Shown in pieces: positions 16,195 to 31,009 of a stretch of 64,000 nt of DNA. The notes beneath the pieces are model-generated. The model saw nothing but the letters and a program-made list of their open reading frames with translations. It ran no database searches and was not told the origin of the DNA. The first letter of the stretch is position 1, and every line of letters begins with the position of its first letter. A program made the position numbers and the translations under genes. Source of the DNA: Eledone cirrhosa (Eukaryota); assembly GCA_964016885.1 (NCBI GenBank), contig OZ024744.1, forward strand, positions 19,778,001-19,842,000. The letters run 5' to 3'.

Positions 16195-18020
16195 ACCATA
16201 GTAAACTTCCTAGATGTCACCCTGGATCTCAACAATAACCTTTATAACCCTTACCATAAACCAGGTGAAATACTCACATATAATAGCCCACACTCTAACC
16301 ACCTACCGGCAGTCATCAGAGCAATAATCAAATCTATCTCGTATAGGATCTCAATGCTATCAGCAAATGAGGAGATATTTATAAACCACGCACAATATTA
16401 TAAGGCTCTCTCTGAATCTGGTTATAAACAATCAATTTATTACATACCTAAATGCCATAACACAGCAATTCACCATAATAAACTTAATACTAGAACTAGA
16501 AATACCTTAGCATATAGCCAGATTCGCCGGAATTTTAGCAGTAACAGCACCTATACAGGGAACTTTAATGGTGGCAGCGGCCTGCTCCCCACTCCAAGTA
16601 GCAAACTAAAAATCAACCCTAGAATAGGAATGAGAAATGGGATGACAAATAACAAATCCCTAGGTAATAATAACCCTAGGAAGGCCCCTACCAACTCCAC
16701 TAGAATCCCTAGAAGGAATAGACCTAGAAATATCACCTGGCTCAACCCCCCATTCTCATCTAATCTAGCCACTAATATCCCAAACGCTTCTTCTCTATCC
16801 TATCCAAACACTTCCCCAACCATAGATATTACAAACTCTTTAATAAAAAATAACATTAAAATCTCATTCTCCACAACACCTAACCTAGATATCCACATCG
16901 CGTTCAATAACCATCATAAGCTAAGACAGTATAACTCCCACACCGCGGTACCACCACCCCTATCAAATACACCACGCCACTACACCAATAATTACTCTAG
17001 AAGCACACCTCCCCCATCTAATCCTTCTAGCACGGACCTACCGCTTGGCTAAATAACCCTACTCTCACTAACCGCAGAAGCAACTGCAACTGCCGTTACC
17101 CCAATGCATGCCCAGTAAATGGACACTGCCTGACACCCAACACAGTCTATAGGTGCACGGTTGAGACAGCTTCGAATACCAGCTCTTATATCGGGTCTAC
17201 CTCTAGCCCTTTTAAGGTACGCTATAACGCGCACTCTTTTTCCTTCCGAGACCCTAGCAACAGATGTTCGACTTCGCTAGCTAGGCTCATTAAAAACCTT
17301 AAATTAAACAACGTTCAACACTCACTAAAATGGGATATCGTGGCTAGGGCCCAACCGTTCAATGGACGAAGAAAATCTTGTGATCTCTGTATTACGGAAG
17401 CATATTACATAACTCTATCACGACCTCTTCCGATTAACGATAGAACGGAGGTAACCATTAGCTGTCAACATCGAAGGGCTAATTCCTTCGCCAATAGATT
17501 GTTTGACCCAACTTAGTCATGTAGCCCCATTTTTACTTGTAGCTAATAAGTTAAATTGCTATGAACAACTCGATAATTATAAGTTACCTACCCTACATTG
17601 TCTCTCAATTAAAAAAAATTAAAAATTAGCACTTAACTATAAACACCCACAATTTCTAATCTCTCGAGAAGTTACTTCCCCTGAATCCACCCTCTAATTA
17701 GTAAGGTAAATATGCCCTTTGGCAGCCATCTTGTTACCCATAGGCAGATCTCACACAATGCAGCCTCGACAGATGAATACTGCTTGATTATGGCTGACAA
17801 CTGATGCAACCAAGACACCATAGTAAAAACCAATATATGGAACATTATATTATGTAACATTATCCCATTATTTTAATTTATATTCTTTTGAAGTTCCGTT
17901 GAGCCACTCTGTTTTTAAATATGTTAATTATTTTCAACTGAACCAGATCAATTATGATATATAGTCATCTGATCCAGAAATATTATATGGAGTAGCGAAA
18001 CAATTGTAAACGGACAATAA
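16195..18020 (+). mobile_element. Degenerate PLE (RT thumb, linker, GIY-YIG) with 3' UTR ending in an HHR lacking CTGAT
   Basis: VNFLDVTLDL..PYHKP, NITWLNPPFS, CNCRYPMHCPVNGHC, YIGST, CDLC; HHR remnant tccgtt-ga-gccactc..gagtagc-GAAA-caattg-TA-aacgga at 17894-18015. Confidence 0.85.
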
Positions 18021-18028
18021 TATTATTA

Positions 18029-18215
18029 TGGATTGGCAGTATCGATAGAGTGTCGGACACCATGCTTTCCAGCATAGTTACGTCCCTTTATGATTTGAGT
18101 TCAAATCCCGCCGAGGTTGACTTTGCCTTTCATCCTTACGGGGTCGATAAAATAAAGTACCAGTAATGCACTGGGTAATTGCTGGCCTTGTGCCTAAAGT
18201 AGAAACAATTATTAT
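18029..18215 (+). mobile_element. tRNA-derived SINE, near full length
   Basis: Same A/B box, core and (TTA)n tail as 2562-2745. Confidence 0.88.
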
Positions 18216-18508
18216 TAATATTATTATTATTATTCTCTACATTAATTACATCAAACTAAAATATGTTGACAATCATTTAATAATGTCTTCCTTGTGAAAT
18301 TTGTGGTCTTGTTTTGCTTAACTAATGAATATTTCCAGCTCTGCGCACCTAACTTCTGCATGAACCCAGCCACCTAGCTGCTTTCAACTGCATATTGCAC
18401 ATTGAGCACATGCATTTACGCTTTGGCTTCTAACTAACTCACCAATCTCTCCTCTCATATCTCCTCTACTATCTCCATCTCTCTCTTTAAGATTGGTTAC
18501 TCTTGAAC

Positions 18509-19280
<772 letters not shown>

Positions 19281-19289
19281 AAGAATGAA

Positions 19290-21080
19290 TAATAACAGGT
19301 AGACATCATAAAAAGGTAATTTATTCCGTGTGCTTACAAGTGTTTCCACGGTGGTACTGCAGCCTAGTTATGCTACGTGCAAATTCACAAGTACTTGCAG
19401 AACTCGAATATCCAATGCTGTGACCACTGTTTCCTCAGAGCAGAATGGTAAATGTACAATGTAAATACCCTTAAGTGGGGTTGTTGGGGAAGATAGAGTA
19501 GAAAAAGAAGAGAGAAAAGTAGGGAAGAGGGAGAGAGAAAGAAAGATATGCAGGGGTTGGAGAAGTAGGAGAGAGTGGCTTGTAGATATCTTAATCAAAA
19601 TGTTATGGTAGGGGTTTTATTATACCGGTTATTTTGGAGAGATGCGTTGATAGTTAAGGTCGGAATTATTTATTGCCCCAGAGGGCAGGTTCATAGATGT
19701 TGAGAGGGAGGTAGGTCAAAGGTGAGAGAGATAGAGTGTAATGGATGTAGAGAGAGATAGGTAGAGAGGGGACAGACAAAGTATGCGTGGTGAGTGAACT
19801 TTGGGTTTGTAGTAGTAATCTAGGAATTGCACTGAGTTACCATGTATAGTGGTAAGCAGTGTATTGTCTTGTAGTGTGGGGGGAAGAGAAGGTTGTTAGC
19901 TAGAAAGTGGTGTTATAGTTACGGGTTCGAATGTTAAGTTATTTTATAGTGAGAGAATTTAGCTTTTAGTTTGTGGTTGCAGTATAATGATCGTTCAATT
20001 CTATCGTTAAGTAGTTTGTTTTTGGATTTTAATATGTAAAATAGCTCAAGGTTACATAACCTGCAGTACTTCAATCCACTCCGATATGCACTTGCGCTGG
20101 AAAGTATATCCCATTTTAAGGTGAACTGTAGGTTGTGTTCACGGAGTTGCCAGGTCTTGTTGGCGAGCGTGGTCACAAAACGGTAATTCGGATGTTTGAT
20201 TGAGAATCGATGACGATACCAGCGAGATTTAAACGATGTGGTGGTAGATCCGATATAATACCATTTCTGGTCGTTCGATTCAACCGTGCATTGGTAATCA
20301 ATGTTGGACTTTGGGCATTAATTCTTCAATGGACATCTTTCAGGTAGATGGCAGTTACATTCTTTGTTGTGGGTAGCGGGTATACCATGGATAGGTTGTG
20401 ATAGCGGTACAGGTGGGTTGTGTAATACCCGTCTCCCATTTAGTGGTTGGGAGGCAGATATTGCGTTCTGCCCATCTGTTACTAAAATATTTTGTTTTGT
20501 AGAGTTGTTTAATTGTCTTAAGTTAAGTTTTTTTATGTATGCTTCAAGGTTTGGTGCCGTGGAGTATGATAGTCTAATAGTTTTAGAGTTCAGAATTTTG
20601 CTGTATTTATGGGAACTAGGGAAGTGTTTGTTGATTAACTTAAAGAATGAAAGAGATAGTTTTGTACTAATCGAGGCATTAAAAATAGGATTGTACCAGA
20701 TATACTTTCTACAACGTGATTTATTTGGTGGTGATCTTCTATTATTAGTATGTCTGGTAGTACTGTGTGTGTGTGCTTGTGTTTTAGTCCCCCGGTTAAG
20801 TATTCCTTGATTTCGCGTAGAGCTATGTGTGTTATGGAAATTCCTATCGATGTATTCTATTGTATCCCGGTGGTCAGCATTCCTTAATGCATTATTGTAG
20901 TATTCAGCGTGTTCACTCAAAATATTAGAGTTAGACGATAGGCGAGAGATTCTAAGAGAAATACTCCGGGGAACTGATTTGATCATGGGGAGTGTGTGGT
21001 TAGAGTTAAAGTTAATATACGTAAGGATCTCATTTACCTTCTGGACGGGTCGTATCTGTCCGGTATTTAAATTAAGAGTT
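19290..21080 (-). mobile_element. 5'-truncated PLE (thumb/linker/GIY-YIG + 3' UTR)
   Basis: ORF 20318-20986 KYIWYNPIFN..CNCHLPERCPL; WYYIGST; ORF 19934-20176 CRLCNLELFYILK. Confidence 0.88.
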
Positions 21081-21083
21081 ATA

Positions 21084-21167
<84 letters not shown>

Positions 21168-21171
<4 letters not shown>

Positions 21172-21382
21172 AACGAGTAGGACCCCGACGGCTGAGCTCA
21201 AGCCGTTTCGACGGCTAATTCTGCTTTTTAAATATGTTAATTATTATATGTTAATTAGCCGTCGAAACGGCTTGAGCTCAGCCGTCGGGGTCCTACTCGT
21301 TCCTATTACCCACTCTACTACTCTAAGTATTGAATACTTTGGTGCGTTATGGTCCACCTGGTTCCTTACCACATTTCCTTCG

Positions 21383-21384
<2 letters not shown>
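21168..21384 (+). mobile_element. Family B fold-back PLE 3' end
   Basis: ggaacgagtaggaccccgacggctgagctcaagccgtttcgacggctaatt inverted around an AT spacer, plus the family B tail, in (TA)n. Confidence 0.85.
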
Positions 21385-21444
<60 letters not shown>

Positions 21445-21748
21445 AAAGTATGTGTTCCTACATGTAAATGATACACATAGAGATACAAGTATAGGTCCGA
21501 CCGTATGCCAGTGTGGTTCAATGGTAAGTTATTAAATTAACAAGCCAGAACATATAAAATCAAGGGAAAGCAAATAAAGAAAATATTTTAAAATAAATTT
21601 TTAAAAAATCACTCTACTTAATTTACCGCGGTAACGGCACATATAGTAAGTACAGTGAATTTTATGAAATTTAATTAAAAATTTATTCTGTTTTTTGCTT
21701 TCCCTTGATTTTAAATATATATATATCTATAAATACTTTGCATTTTCT

Positions 21749-21836
<88 letters not shown>

Positions 21837-21917
21837 TTATAAATATAGATAGATATATATATTTATATATATATATATTTTTTTTTTTTATATATATATT
21901 TATATATATATATATAT

Positions 21918-22472
21918 CAGTTTTGCGAGGTTTTTGATATGAAATCGTGTGTCGAAACAAATATTGTTATACTTGGGGAGGGTCATATTTGTGTAATAAT
22001 ATTGCCACAATTGATAACAGAACACACTGTTTGGTTGGTTTTGACTTCTGTGTCTTTTATATCGGTTAATTTAATTTATTCGGTCCTCAATGTTTACCAT
22101 TGACTGACCAACGGTCAAAAATACAGATATAATATAGACACAAACATATATATATAGTCTAACAAAGTTATTTCGTTGTACATCTGCAACATCGTCAGTG
22201 GTGGTATTATGTTTCCTCCTGTTTTATTGTATGCCTACGCCATCTTTATTTAGTCTGTTTATTTATTTATATTTTTTTGTCTTCTCTGCGCATGCGTTTG
22301 CGTGTGTGTATAGTGTTTGATGTGTGTTCGTGTTTGGGTGACTGTGTATTGGTTATTGTATTCTATCTTAGTTTACTAGTGTGTGTTTATATGTGAAAAC
22401 CAACCAAACAGTGAGTGTGTTCTGTTATTAATTCTAGCAATATCATTACACAAATATGACCATCCCCAAGTA
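21918..22472 (-). mobile_element. Family D fold-back insertion with HHR-like core
   Basis: About 21965-22040 inverted to about 22396-22472; minus strand CTGACGA-tgttg..caac-GAAA at 22171-22198 (stem I and cleavage site unclear). Confidence 0.7.
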
Positions 22473-22610
22473 TACATATATATATATATATATTAATTCA
22501 AAATATTAACAAATATAGACATTCATGTGATCATCAAGTATATTTTATTATACATATGTCAGAGGTACTGAGCTATATTCATTGATTTATTCATTGAACC
22601 TTGTTTAACC

Positions 22611-22673
<63 letters not shown>

Positions 22674-22689
22674 ATGTGTGTGTCTGTGT

Positions 22690-23795
22690 AAAATTGCATG
22701 TCTGAGGAACTGTTAGATAAAATATATACAGTATTGCCTCTCCTAATCAGTATAAATCAACCACATAAAAAATCATTTAAACGAGGCTATAAGTTTAAAA
22801 TGTAATTATGAAGAAATAATAGACAAATGATACAGTTTATCTTCCGTGATGTACAGCCATGTGACATTTATCTAATTATTTCATTTAGCCTCTAGAAATT
22901 GACTAGACAAATAGTTAACTACACGGAGTTAGGTACAAAATAGAGGTTTGAAGAAAAAATGCACATAAACTTTACCAAAAGTCCTCTAGTCCCTACCACC
23001 GGCGGTTTCGTTCCACTTTTTGGATATACCCGATCTTGGATACATCCACGAGGCTTGGAACTCATCAGGAGATGCCTCAGACTGGACTAAGTTTTTTTCT
23101 ACCATGATCCCCGCCAGAAATGAATTCAAAATGGCTAAGAACTATCACGTGGCTGAACATTTGTGATTGGTGACTGTCGGCGAGTAGGCTGGTTGCTAGA
23201 ATGTGCATCCGAATACTGCCTAAAGTTTTACTCAACCTTAGGCGAGTATATATTAAATTCAAAGGGGTATATATATATAATTAGACATAGTCACAGATAC
23301 ATATATGAGTTTGTCAGCCTATCACAGTGTGGCTCAATGAAGAAACAATTAAGCAAATAATCATTAATGAGAGCTATATATAAAATTGCAAGTCTGAAGA
23401 ACCATTAGATAAAATATATACAGTATTTCCTCTCCTAATCAGTATAAATCAACCGCATAAAAAATCATTTAAACGAGGCTATAAGTTTAAAATGTAATTA
23501 TGAAGAAATAATAGACAAATGATACAGATTATCTTCCGTGATGTACAGCCATATGGCATATATCTAATTATTTCATTTAGCCTGTAGAAATTGACTAGAC
23601 AAACAGTTAACTAGACGGAGTTAGGTACAAAATAGAAGTTTGAAGAAAAAATGCATATAAACTTTACGAAAATTCCTCTAGACCCGACCACCAGCGGTTT
23701 CGTTCCACTATTTGGATATACCCGATCTTGGATACATCCACGAGGCTTGGAACTCATCAGAAGTTTGTTCTACCATGATCCCCGCCAGAAATGAA
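22690..23795 (-). mobile_element. ORF-less direct tandem of about 690-bp units, each with an HHR (retrozyme-like or non-autonomous PLE)
   Basis: About 22690-23125 is repeated at about 23380-23795; HHR cores read TCATCAG on + at 23062-23068 and 23754-23760, stem II gttcca/tggaac, near-palindromic stem III. Confidence 0.75.
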
Positions 23796-23905
23796 TATGG
23801 AAGGGATATATTAGATTAACGCTTGATATAGCAGGAATGAGAAATAAGATAGATTGAGGAGACGGGCGGGATGGAATTGGAAAACATGTCTTTAGCATGT
23901 TGATA

Positions 23906-23981
<76 letters not shown>

Positions 23982-25538
23982 CTCCTTCTTCTATTATAGA
24001 CCTAAAAACTCTGGTAGTTTAAACCGCATCCATTAGCTGCTATATGTCCTTATCTCTTTGGTTTTAGTTCATTATTATTACCATTATTAGTTTTCTACAG
24101 TTTTTCGTTTTTAGTTTTCATAGTCTTTTTAGCTATCTTAACCTATCTATCATCTTAACCATTATTACATTTGTACTCACCATTGTCGCCTTATAAGTTT
24201 CTATCTTTATTTTCATCCCTGGTTGGAGGGTATCTTATTGAATAGTTTAATTTCAGTCTCCTATATCTAAGGCTAATGAACCTCGTCCTTTCTACACCTA
24301 ATATTCGCCTTATTGATTATATATAAATTTTACTTTTTTACTTTTATGCTCCTTCCTACCCTCCATAGTTTCACTTCTTTCTGTTCCCATTGGTCTACCA
24401 TAATTTTATTTAGAGTTTTTTTCTTTGATAACGTTATTCGTCGGACGGATCGTAATATATCCTGATAGATCTCTTAGCCTTTTTATTGAAATATCTTGAT
24501 TTTATTCGACTTTGATGACTTGGGTTCTGTTCCGTCTGAAGTGACCCATAATGTCTTTTAAACAATTTTAGTATTAATTAATTTAATAAGGTTTTTAATT
24601 CAATTCTTTGATTTAGAATAGTAATATTTTCTATATTTACCGAATGACTTATAACGCCTACGTGTCTGTGCGTGTCTTTGTTTTTGTTCTTCGTTTTATT
24701 TTATTTATTTTTTTACTACCACATGCTGTCTGTTTTCCTATCATCTGTTATTATATCCTGGTATGTCTATTTGTATTCATCGCGTAAATATGTCTTAAGC
24801 ATTTTCCATTTTCCATTGTGTCTGCTATTGTAATATTAACATAATTATGTCATATTATTTTTTTGTAATTGAATTATAAATGTATGTCCGATATTGAGGT
24901 ACTGTTTTGTAATATTTTATGAATTTGAACTGCTGATGCCTCTATATATTATATATATTTATATAGACTTTTTCACCATACTTTTATTTGATATTTTTCT
25001 TACCCTGTGAAAAATGTTATATACAATTTGTTGACCTTAAATGATACGTATGATATAGTTTTATATATTTTTTAATGTCAGTATATTATTCCTTTGTTTT
25101 TAGTATTGTTTATGCACACCGTCAGGGTGGTTATTCTATTATAACGATTATTATTATATTATAAAGAATATATTTATATTTAAATATTTAAATAAATGTT
25201 AGTATGTGTTTGTGTAAATGTGTATATTTATGTATATATATATATATATACATATATTAAGCTTTTTATTTCTTATTATCCATTATATTGTATTCTATAT
25301 CATATTACAATTCTTATAATTCTCACATTGTATTACCATGTGTTTCATGTATTTGTCTTATACTGTACTTTCAACGCGGGTTTGACATATTACTCGCTCT
25401 CTAACCCTATAGTCTATATTTGCAAATGCACTCTTTTAGATTTAGCATATCTTTCCATGTTGTCTTTCCTAAGTTTTCATGGATATAAATTCCCTGTTCT
25501 TCTGAGTTTTGGATTTGGTATGGCCGTTAATGCCCCTT

Positions 25539-25601
25539 GTCTCTTTACTTGCTCTGATGAGTCCCTATTAAAGGGACGAAACACTGTCAGCTAATAGAGA
25601 C
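25539..25601 (+). ncRNA. Canonical minimal type I HHR at the end of an AT-rich pLTR (about 23980-25740)
   Basis: gct CTGATGA (25554-25560) gtccct..agggac GAAA (25578-25581) cactg TC agc; distal stem I gtctct/agagac; GTC cleavage after 25588. Confidence 0.9.
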
Positions 25602-25738
25602 TTTTGATGTATTGAAGGCTTCTTTGTTTATTTTTCATAATTTTACGGCTCTGTTGAATTACATTGAGCTATACCTTTACTGTCATTTCTCTTATACGAC
25701 GAGTGTGTTTAACTCCAACGCACTCTAGTATTTTAATG

Positions 25739-25816
<78 letters not shown>

Positions 25817-25828
25817 TTTTATATATAT

Positions 25829-28572
25829 TAGGGTGTTCTAGAATCCCACATTTTACACAAAAGTCTATTTTTCTTAGCTCCCTATGCATTTTCTCATGCC
25901 ATTTTGTATAGTATCGATGTATAATGTAATTTTGATTATTTCAGACTAATTTAAGCTTTGCCTAATAGTTGCAAATTGTCAGAATAATGGCGGAAACCAG
26001 TGGGCCTAGTTGTAGCTACTCACTCCGTTGTGATGATCGAGAAATATGGGTCCTGGGGCAATATGTTACATCCTTTTCATCAAACAAAATACCAACAAAG
26101 GGAGATGCTCTAAGATATTTATTCTATCTGAAAGATGGTCCTATGAAACATGAAAAGCATGTGAGCTTCAATGGTGCTATTGCGGATAGGCTTGTGATGG
26201 AAGTAATTAGTCAGTGGGAAAAAGCTGGTGTGGCGACTCAACGAAAAGACAAAGCGAAACTGAAAATTATGATATACAGTGAATACAGAAATTTACAAAA
26301 AAAACAAAGGTTCTAAGTCAAACTAAGAAAAGGAAGCACTATTTATTTCTGAATTGGATTCGTATTTCTACATTACACATACTGATGCTGAAAAGAACAT
26401 TTTGAAAGACCGTCTTCGTAATAATGAACAGAAAATGGAAGATGCTACATTTCTCGAAGCCCTGCATTGCCAGAAAAAGTATCTCTGGGTGCTGAAGGAA
26501 AGGGTTACCAGAAAAAGGTATCTTCAAAGTTTAAGCGTGATCAGGTTTCTGTGGCTCGTCGAGAGTCAGAGAACCATAGAAAATGTTTGTCAGGATCTGT
26601 AGCAGCACAACTTCCACGTAATGAACTGAGTGATTCAAGTTAAACCAATAATGAAACTGAAGATGAACAGGATCCTGAATTTCAGGCCTCAAACCCACCC
26701 AGAGACAGCTCAAAGTCAGACAAGAAACGAAAAGTCCAGCTGGAACTCCCAAAGAATCCATTTCAAAGTCCACAAATTTCTCTAATGGCTGATCGTTTAA
26801 ACCTGACACTGGGCAAGAGAACAGCATTTATGGCATCGATTATTTCTGAGGGTGGGACTGACATAGACGCAACTCTCTCCAAGAATAGTAGCAGACGAGC
26901 AGCTAAGAAGATCAGAACTGTGGGGGCTGAACACATAAAGGAACAATTTGCTGTACCAGACGTTGTTACCCTTGTATTGGGATGGCAAAATAATGCTAGG
27001 TGCGCTAGTTGCTGCAACTCCGGACTTCAGAGAAGGTAAACTCCTTGGTGTTCCCATAATTCCTGATAGCACTGGAACCACCCAACCCAAAGCATCATTT
27101 GATCTTGTTAAAGTTTGGAATGTTGATGGGTTTGTGGTGGGCTTGGTCTTCGACACAACTGCTTCGAATTCTGGATGGAAAAATGGTGCCTGCGTGAAAC
27201 TAGCAGAGTTGCTCAACAAAAAGGTTTTATTTTGCTTGACGGCACCATGTTATGGAGCGTATCTTGTGTGCAGTGTGGCAACAACTATTCGGAACAATGT
27301 CCAGACACCCCAGAGTTCAAGGAGTTAAAAAAAGATTGGGTGTCACTCACGGTCAAGACCAACTTTAAAACATTGAACATTGTCGACCGGAGACTCAAGC
27401 GTCTGTGTTCTGAGAATATCAAGTTCCTCCAAGATTTGCTGACATCCGACGATGGGAAAATGAGTTCTCTTCCACGAGCGGAGTACCGAGAATGTGCCGA
27501 GTTGATGTTTTTCTTTCTTGGTGTCACCCCTCCTCGTGGAATTCATTGGATGCTTCCTGGTGCACATCACAACACTCGGTGGATGTCCACAATCATCTAT
27601 ATTTCAAAGATGTATGCATTTGGTGAGCGACTCAATTGCGATCAAGCTAAAATGGAAAAGTTGCGACGGATCTGTATGTTCAATGCTCTGTTCTACGTGC
27701 GATAGTGGCTGAGAGCAGTCAAGTGTGCTGATGCACCATCCAAGGACCTTCAATTCTACGTGGAGTTGACACAATACAGTAAGGTTGACAGAGATCTCTC
27801 GCAGGCAGCCACTACAGCTCTGAACAGGCATCTTTGGTGCCTGACGGAGGAAGCCATTCCGCTAACGCTGTTTTCAAGTCGGGTCCAAGAGTCCGAGAAG
27901 AAACAAATAGCCCAACATCTTGTCAAAACGAAAACGTCTGGACCTCTCGACCCTGGTGCTCCAGTATTTCCCGAGTTGAAGTCGTCCACGAAGCTGCCTC
28001 ATCTAGTTGGGAAGAAATCAAGGCTTCTGTTCGATCTTCTTGGTCTCGACGATACTTGGCTTGAGCTGTCACCTGCAACTTTGTCATCACAAGCGTCATA
28101 TCAATATGCCTCTGCTGTTGTTCACAATATCAAGGTAGTCAACGATCTGGCGGAGAGAGCAGTCAAGTTGATAACTGATTCTGTTGTCATCACCAATGAG
28201 GAGGAGAAGCAGTGTGTTCTTCAAGTAGTCGAAGCTCATCGTCGCAAAGTCCCGGATTTCAAAAAAGAAATATGACTGGAGTTAACTTAACTGAACTTGT
28301 TTCTTCCTTGTAACCTTTATATTCAAAGCTGGTTTACTAAATATAATGGATTAATAAAATAAACAATTATTGTATGGTTATATTTGGTTTCACATTTTCA
28401 TGATTTCATGTAACATAATCACACTCTCCACTATAATCACCATGATATAGGCAAGGCTCACAATAATATATTTTATAGAAAATATGTTTTATTTTACCAA
28501 TTGGGGCATTGATAATGAGAAAATACACAGGGAAAATTAGTATTGTAACCTTGCTTTTTATGGCACACTCTA
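25829..28572 (+). mobile_element. hAT-superfamily (hATm-like) DNA transposon, decayed, in (TA)n
   Basis: Imperfect TIRs tagggtgt / acactcta; both flanks atatatat; transposase remnants across the interior. Confidence 0.75.
25987..28275 (+). pseudogene. Transposase pseudogene (multiple frameshifts/stops)
   Basis: Motifs WDGK, FDTTASNSG..GAC, PGAHHNTRWMS, HLWCLTEE, KVVNDLAERAVKLI, LQVVEAHRRKVP spread over ORFs 25969, 26354, 26785, 26948, 27175, 27760. Confidence 0.8.
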
Positions 28573-28727
28573 ATATATATATATATATATATACACAAAT
28601 GTACACACACACATTTCGTACTTATATGCACACACACACTCTTTTACTCACATATACACACACATTCCTTCTTAGCTTCGTACGGACGTATGAACACACA
28701 CACACATATGCTTACGCACATGCACAA

Positions 28728-29086
28728 GTATAGCTCTTTTTACAAAACGTTTTATTTTTTGTTTCAAGTAGACGCGTTTCATCATCCATTTTTCTAAAAA
28801 ATAACCCATACACAAAACCCCAGCACCAACAGTTTTGGAAGAGATGTCAACATGAATGGACCTGTTATCTAAAGACATTTTTTGTATCTAAAGACGTTGT
28901 ATCTAAAGACATTTTTTTCCAATTCCATACCGCCCGTCCCCTCAATCTATTCTATTTCTCATTCTTACTTCTGATGAAGGACTAGCGTCCGAAACGTTAA
29001 GACACTCTTCCTGCTATATCAAGCCTTAACCTAATATATTCCTTCCACACTGTACCGATTGTGTTGTTATACCTGTTTACCTTTTA
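28728..29086 (+). mobile_element. Family E pLTR with minimal HHR
   Basis: ctt CTGATGA (28971-28977) aggac tagc gtcc GAAA (28991-28994) cgtta ag, AACGTT palindrome; reverse-complement copies at 39412-39745 and a fragment near 23800-23895. Confidence 0.8.
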
Positions 29087-29107
29087 CACACACACACACA
29101 CATATAT

Positions 29108-29194
<87 letters not shown>

Positions 29195-29198
<4 letters not shown>

Positions 29199-30263
29199 TA
29201 TGTACACGTACATACATATATGAATACAGACGTACAGTAGTATGTATATATATATACATACATGCGCACATATATATATGTACGTATGGATTCACCGAAC
29301 ATTTATTATAATGCTCGGTGTGTTTGTAAACAAACATCCCGTATTAAGCCGTAGAGTTCAGCAACCATCGTTGATTGTTTGTTCAATACTGACAAAGGAA
29401 CGCTGTACTAGTTTCAAGCTTATTAGCTATCGTCAGCAACGTATACCTTCCTGACAGATTGTTGAACGTATATACTTACCTTATGCATATTAACGGCTGA
29501 GTAGCCCAATTTGCATATCGAGTGGGTTAATCGGCAGGATGCACCGAAAACGATAAACGGAAAAAATGAAACGAAATTTCATTTCCCACTCTTAGTACGG
29601 CTGTTACTTAAATATAAGTATGTACACGTACATACATATATGTATACAGACGTACAGTAGTATGTATATATATATACATACAGTAGTATGTATATATATA
29701 TACATACAGTAGTATGTATATATATATACATACAGTGTTGAACAAACAAGCAACGATGGTTGCTAGACACTACGGCTTAATACGGGATGTTTGTTTACAA
29801 ACACACCGAGCATTATAATAAATGTTCGGTGAATCCATACGTACATATATATATATATGTGTGCATGTATCTATATATATATACATACTACTGTACCTCT
29901 GTATACATATATGTATGTACGTGTACATACTTATATTTAAGTAACAGCCGTACTAAGAGTGGGAAATGAAATTTCGTTTCATTTTTTCCGTTTATCGTTT
30001 TCGGTGAACCCGGCCGATTAAACCACTCGATATGCAAATTGGGCTACTCAGCCGTTAATATGCATAAGGTAAGTATATACGTTCAACAATCTGGCAGGAA
30101 GGTATACGTTGCTGACGATAGCTAATAAGCTTGAAACTAGTACAGAGTTCCTTTGTCAGTGTTGAACAAACGATCAACGATGGTTTCTAGACACTACGGC
30201 TTAATACGGGATGTTTGTTTACAAACACACCGAACATTATAAAAAAAAAATGTTCGGTGAATC

Positions 30264-30294
<31 letters not shown>

Positions 30295-30428
30295 GTGAAT
30301 GTATGTATATATATATACATACTACTGTACGTCTGTATACATATATGTATGTACGTGTACATACTTATATTTAAGTAACAGCCGTACTAAGAATGGGAAA
30401 TGAAATTTCGTTTCATTTTTTCCGTTTA
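29195..30428. mobile_element. Family F: tandem ~423-bp HHR-containing units arranged as an inverted pair (retrozyme-like)
   Basis: On +, 29735 repeats at 30158; 29195-29735 is the same unit inverted; HHR gttg CTGACGA (30112-30118) tagct/agctt GAAA ctag TA cag, mirror at 29402-29440; no ORF. Confidence 0.8.
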
Positions 30429-30461
30429 TATATATATATATGCATTGCACACTGATGGGCA

Positions 30462-30740
30462 CATACATATTTGTGCACAGGTATTCCAATACGGCAAGGC
30501 CTAATGAATTCCTCTTGCGGTACGTACAATCTGGACACACTCCAGATACATATTTGTGCACATGTATACAATTTCTGGACACACTCCAGATACATGTGTA
30601 CAATTTGTGGACAGGTATACAATTTGTGCACGGGTATACAATTTCTGGACACACTCCAGATACATATTTGTGCACAAGTATTTCAATACGACAAGGCCTA
30701 ATGGATCCCCCTTGCAGTACGTACAATCTGGACACACTCA
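30462..30740. repeat. Imperfect minisatellite
   Basis: Recurrent ctggacacactccagatacat and tttgtgcac..gtatacaat units. Confidence 0.8.
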
Positions 30741-30938
30741 CACACACCTTGGTATTATGCCAATACTATATATCATTTCACATCTTTTATTATTAAGGTA
30801 TTTGATGTTCTATTGAGAGAATCGATTTTAATGAAAATATCGAATAATGTACACCATTTTACCAGAAATAAAAACTGACCCCCCCCCACACACATATATA
30901 TACACACACACATACACACGCGTACATTAACATACAAA

Positions 30939-31009
<71 letters not shown>

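Noticed and set aside
18029-18112. tRNA-like A/B boxes
   Set aside because: No cloverleaf, and the boxes continue into a SINE core and tail found in many copies; not a tRNA gene.
25821-28580. 8-bp target site duplication of the hAT element
   Set aside because: Both flanks are atatatat within a TA array, so the match is uninformative.
30462-30740. Regularly recurring ~21-nt units resembling a CRISPR array
   Set aside because: The spacers are themselves repeats, there are no cas genes and the context is eukaryotic; this is a minisatellite.
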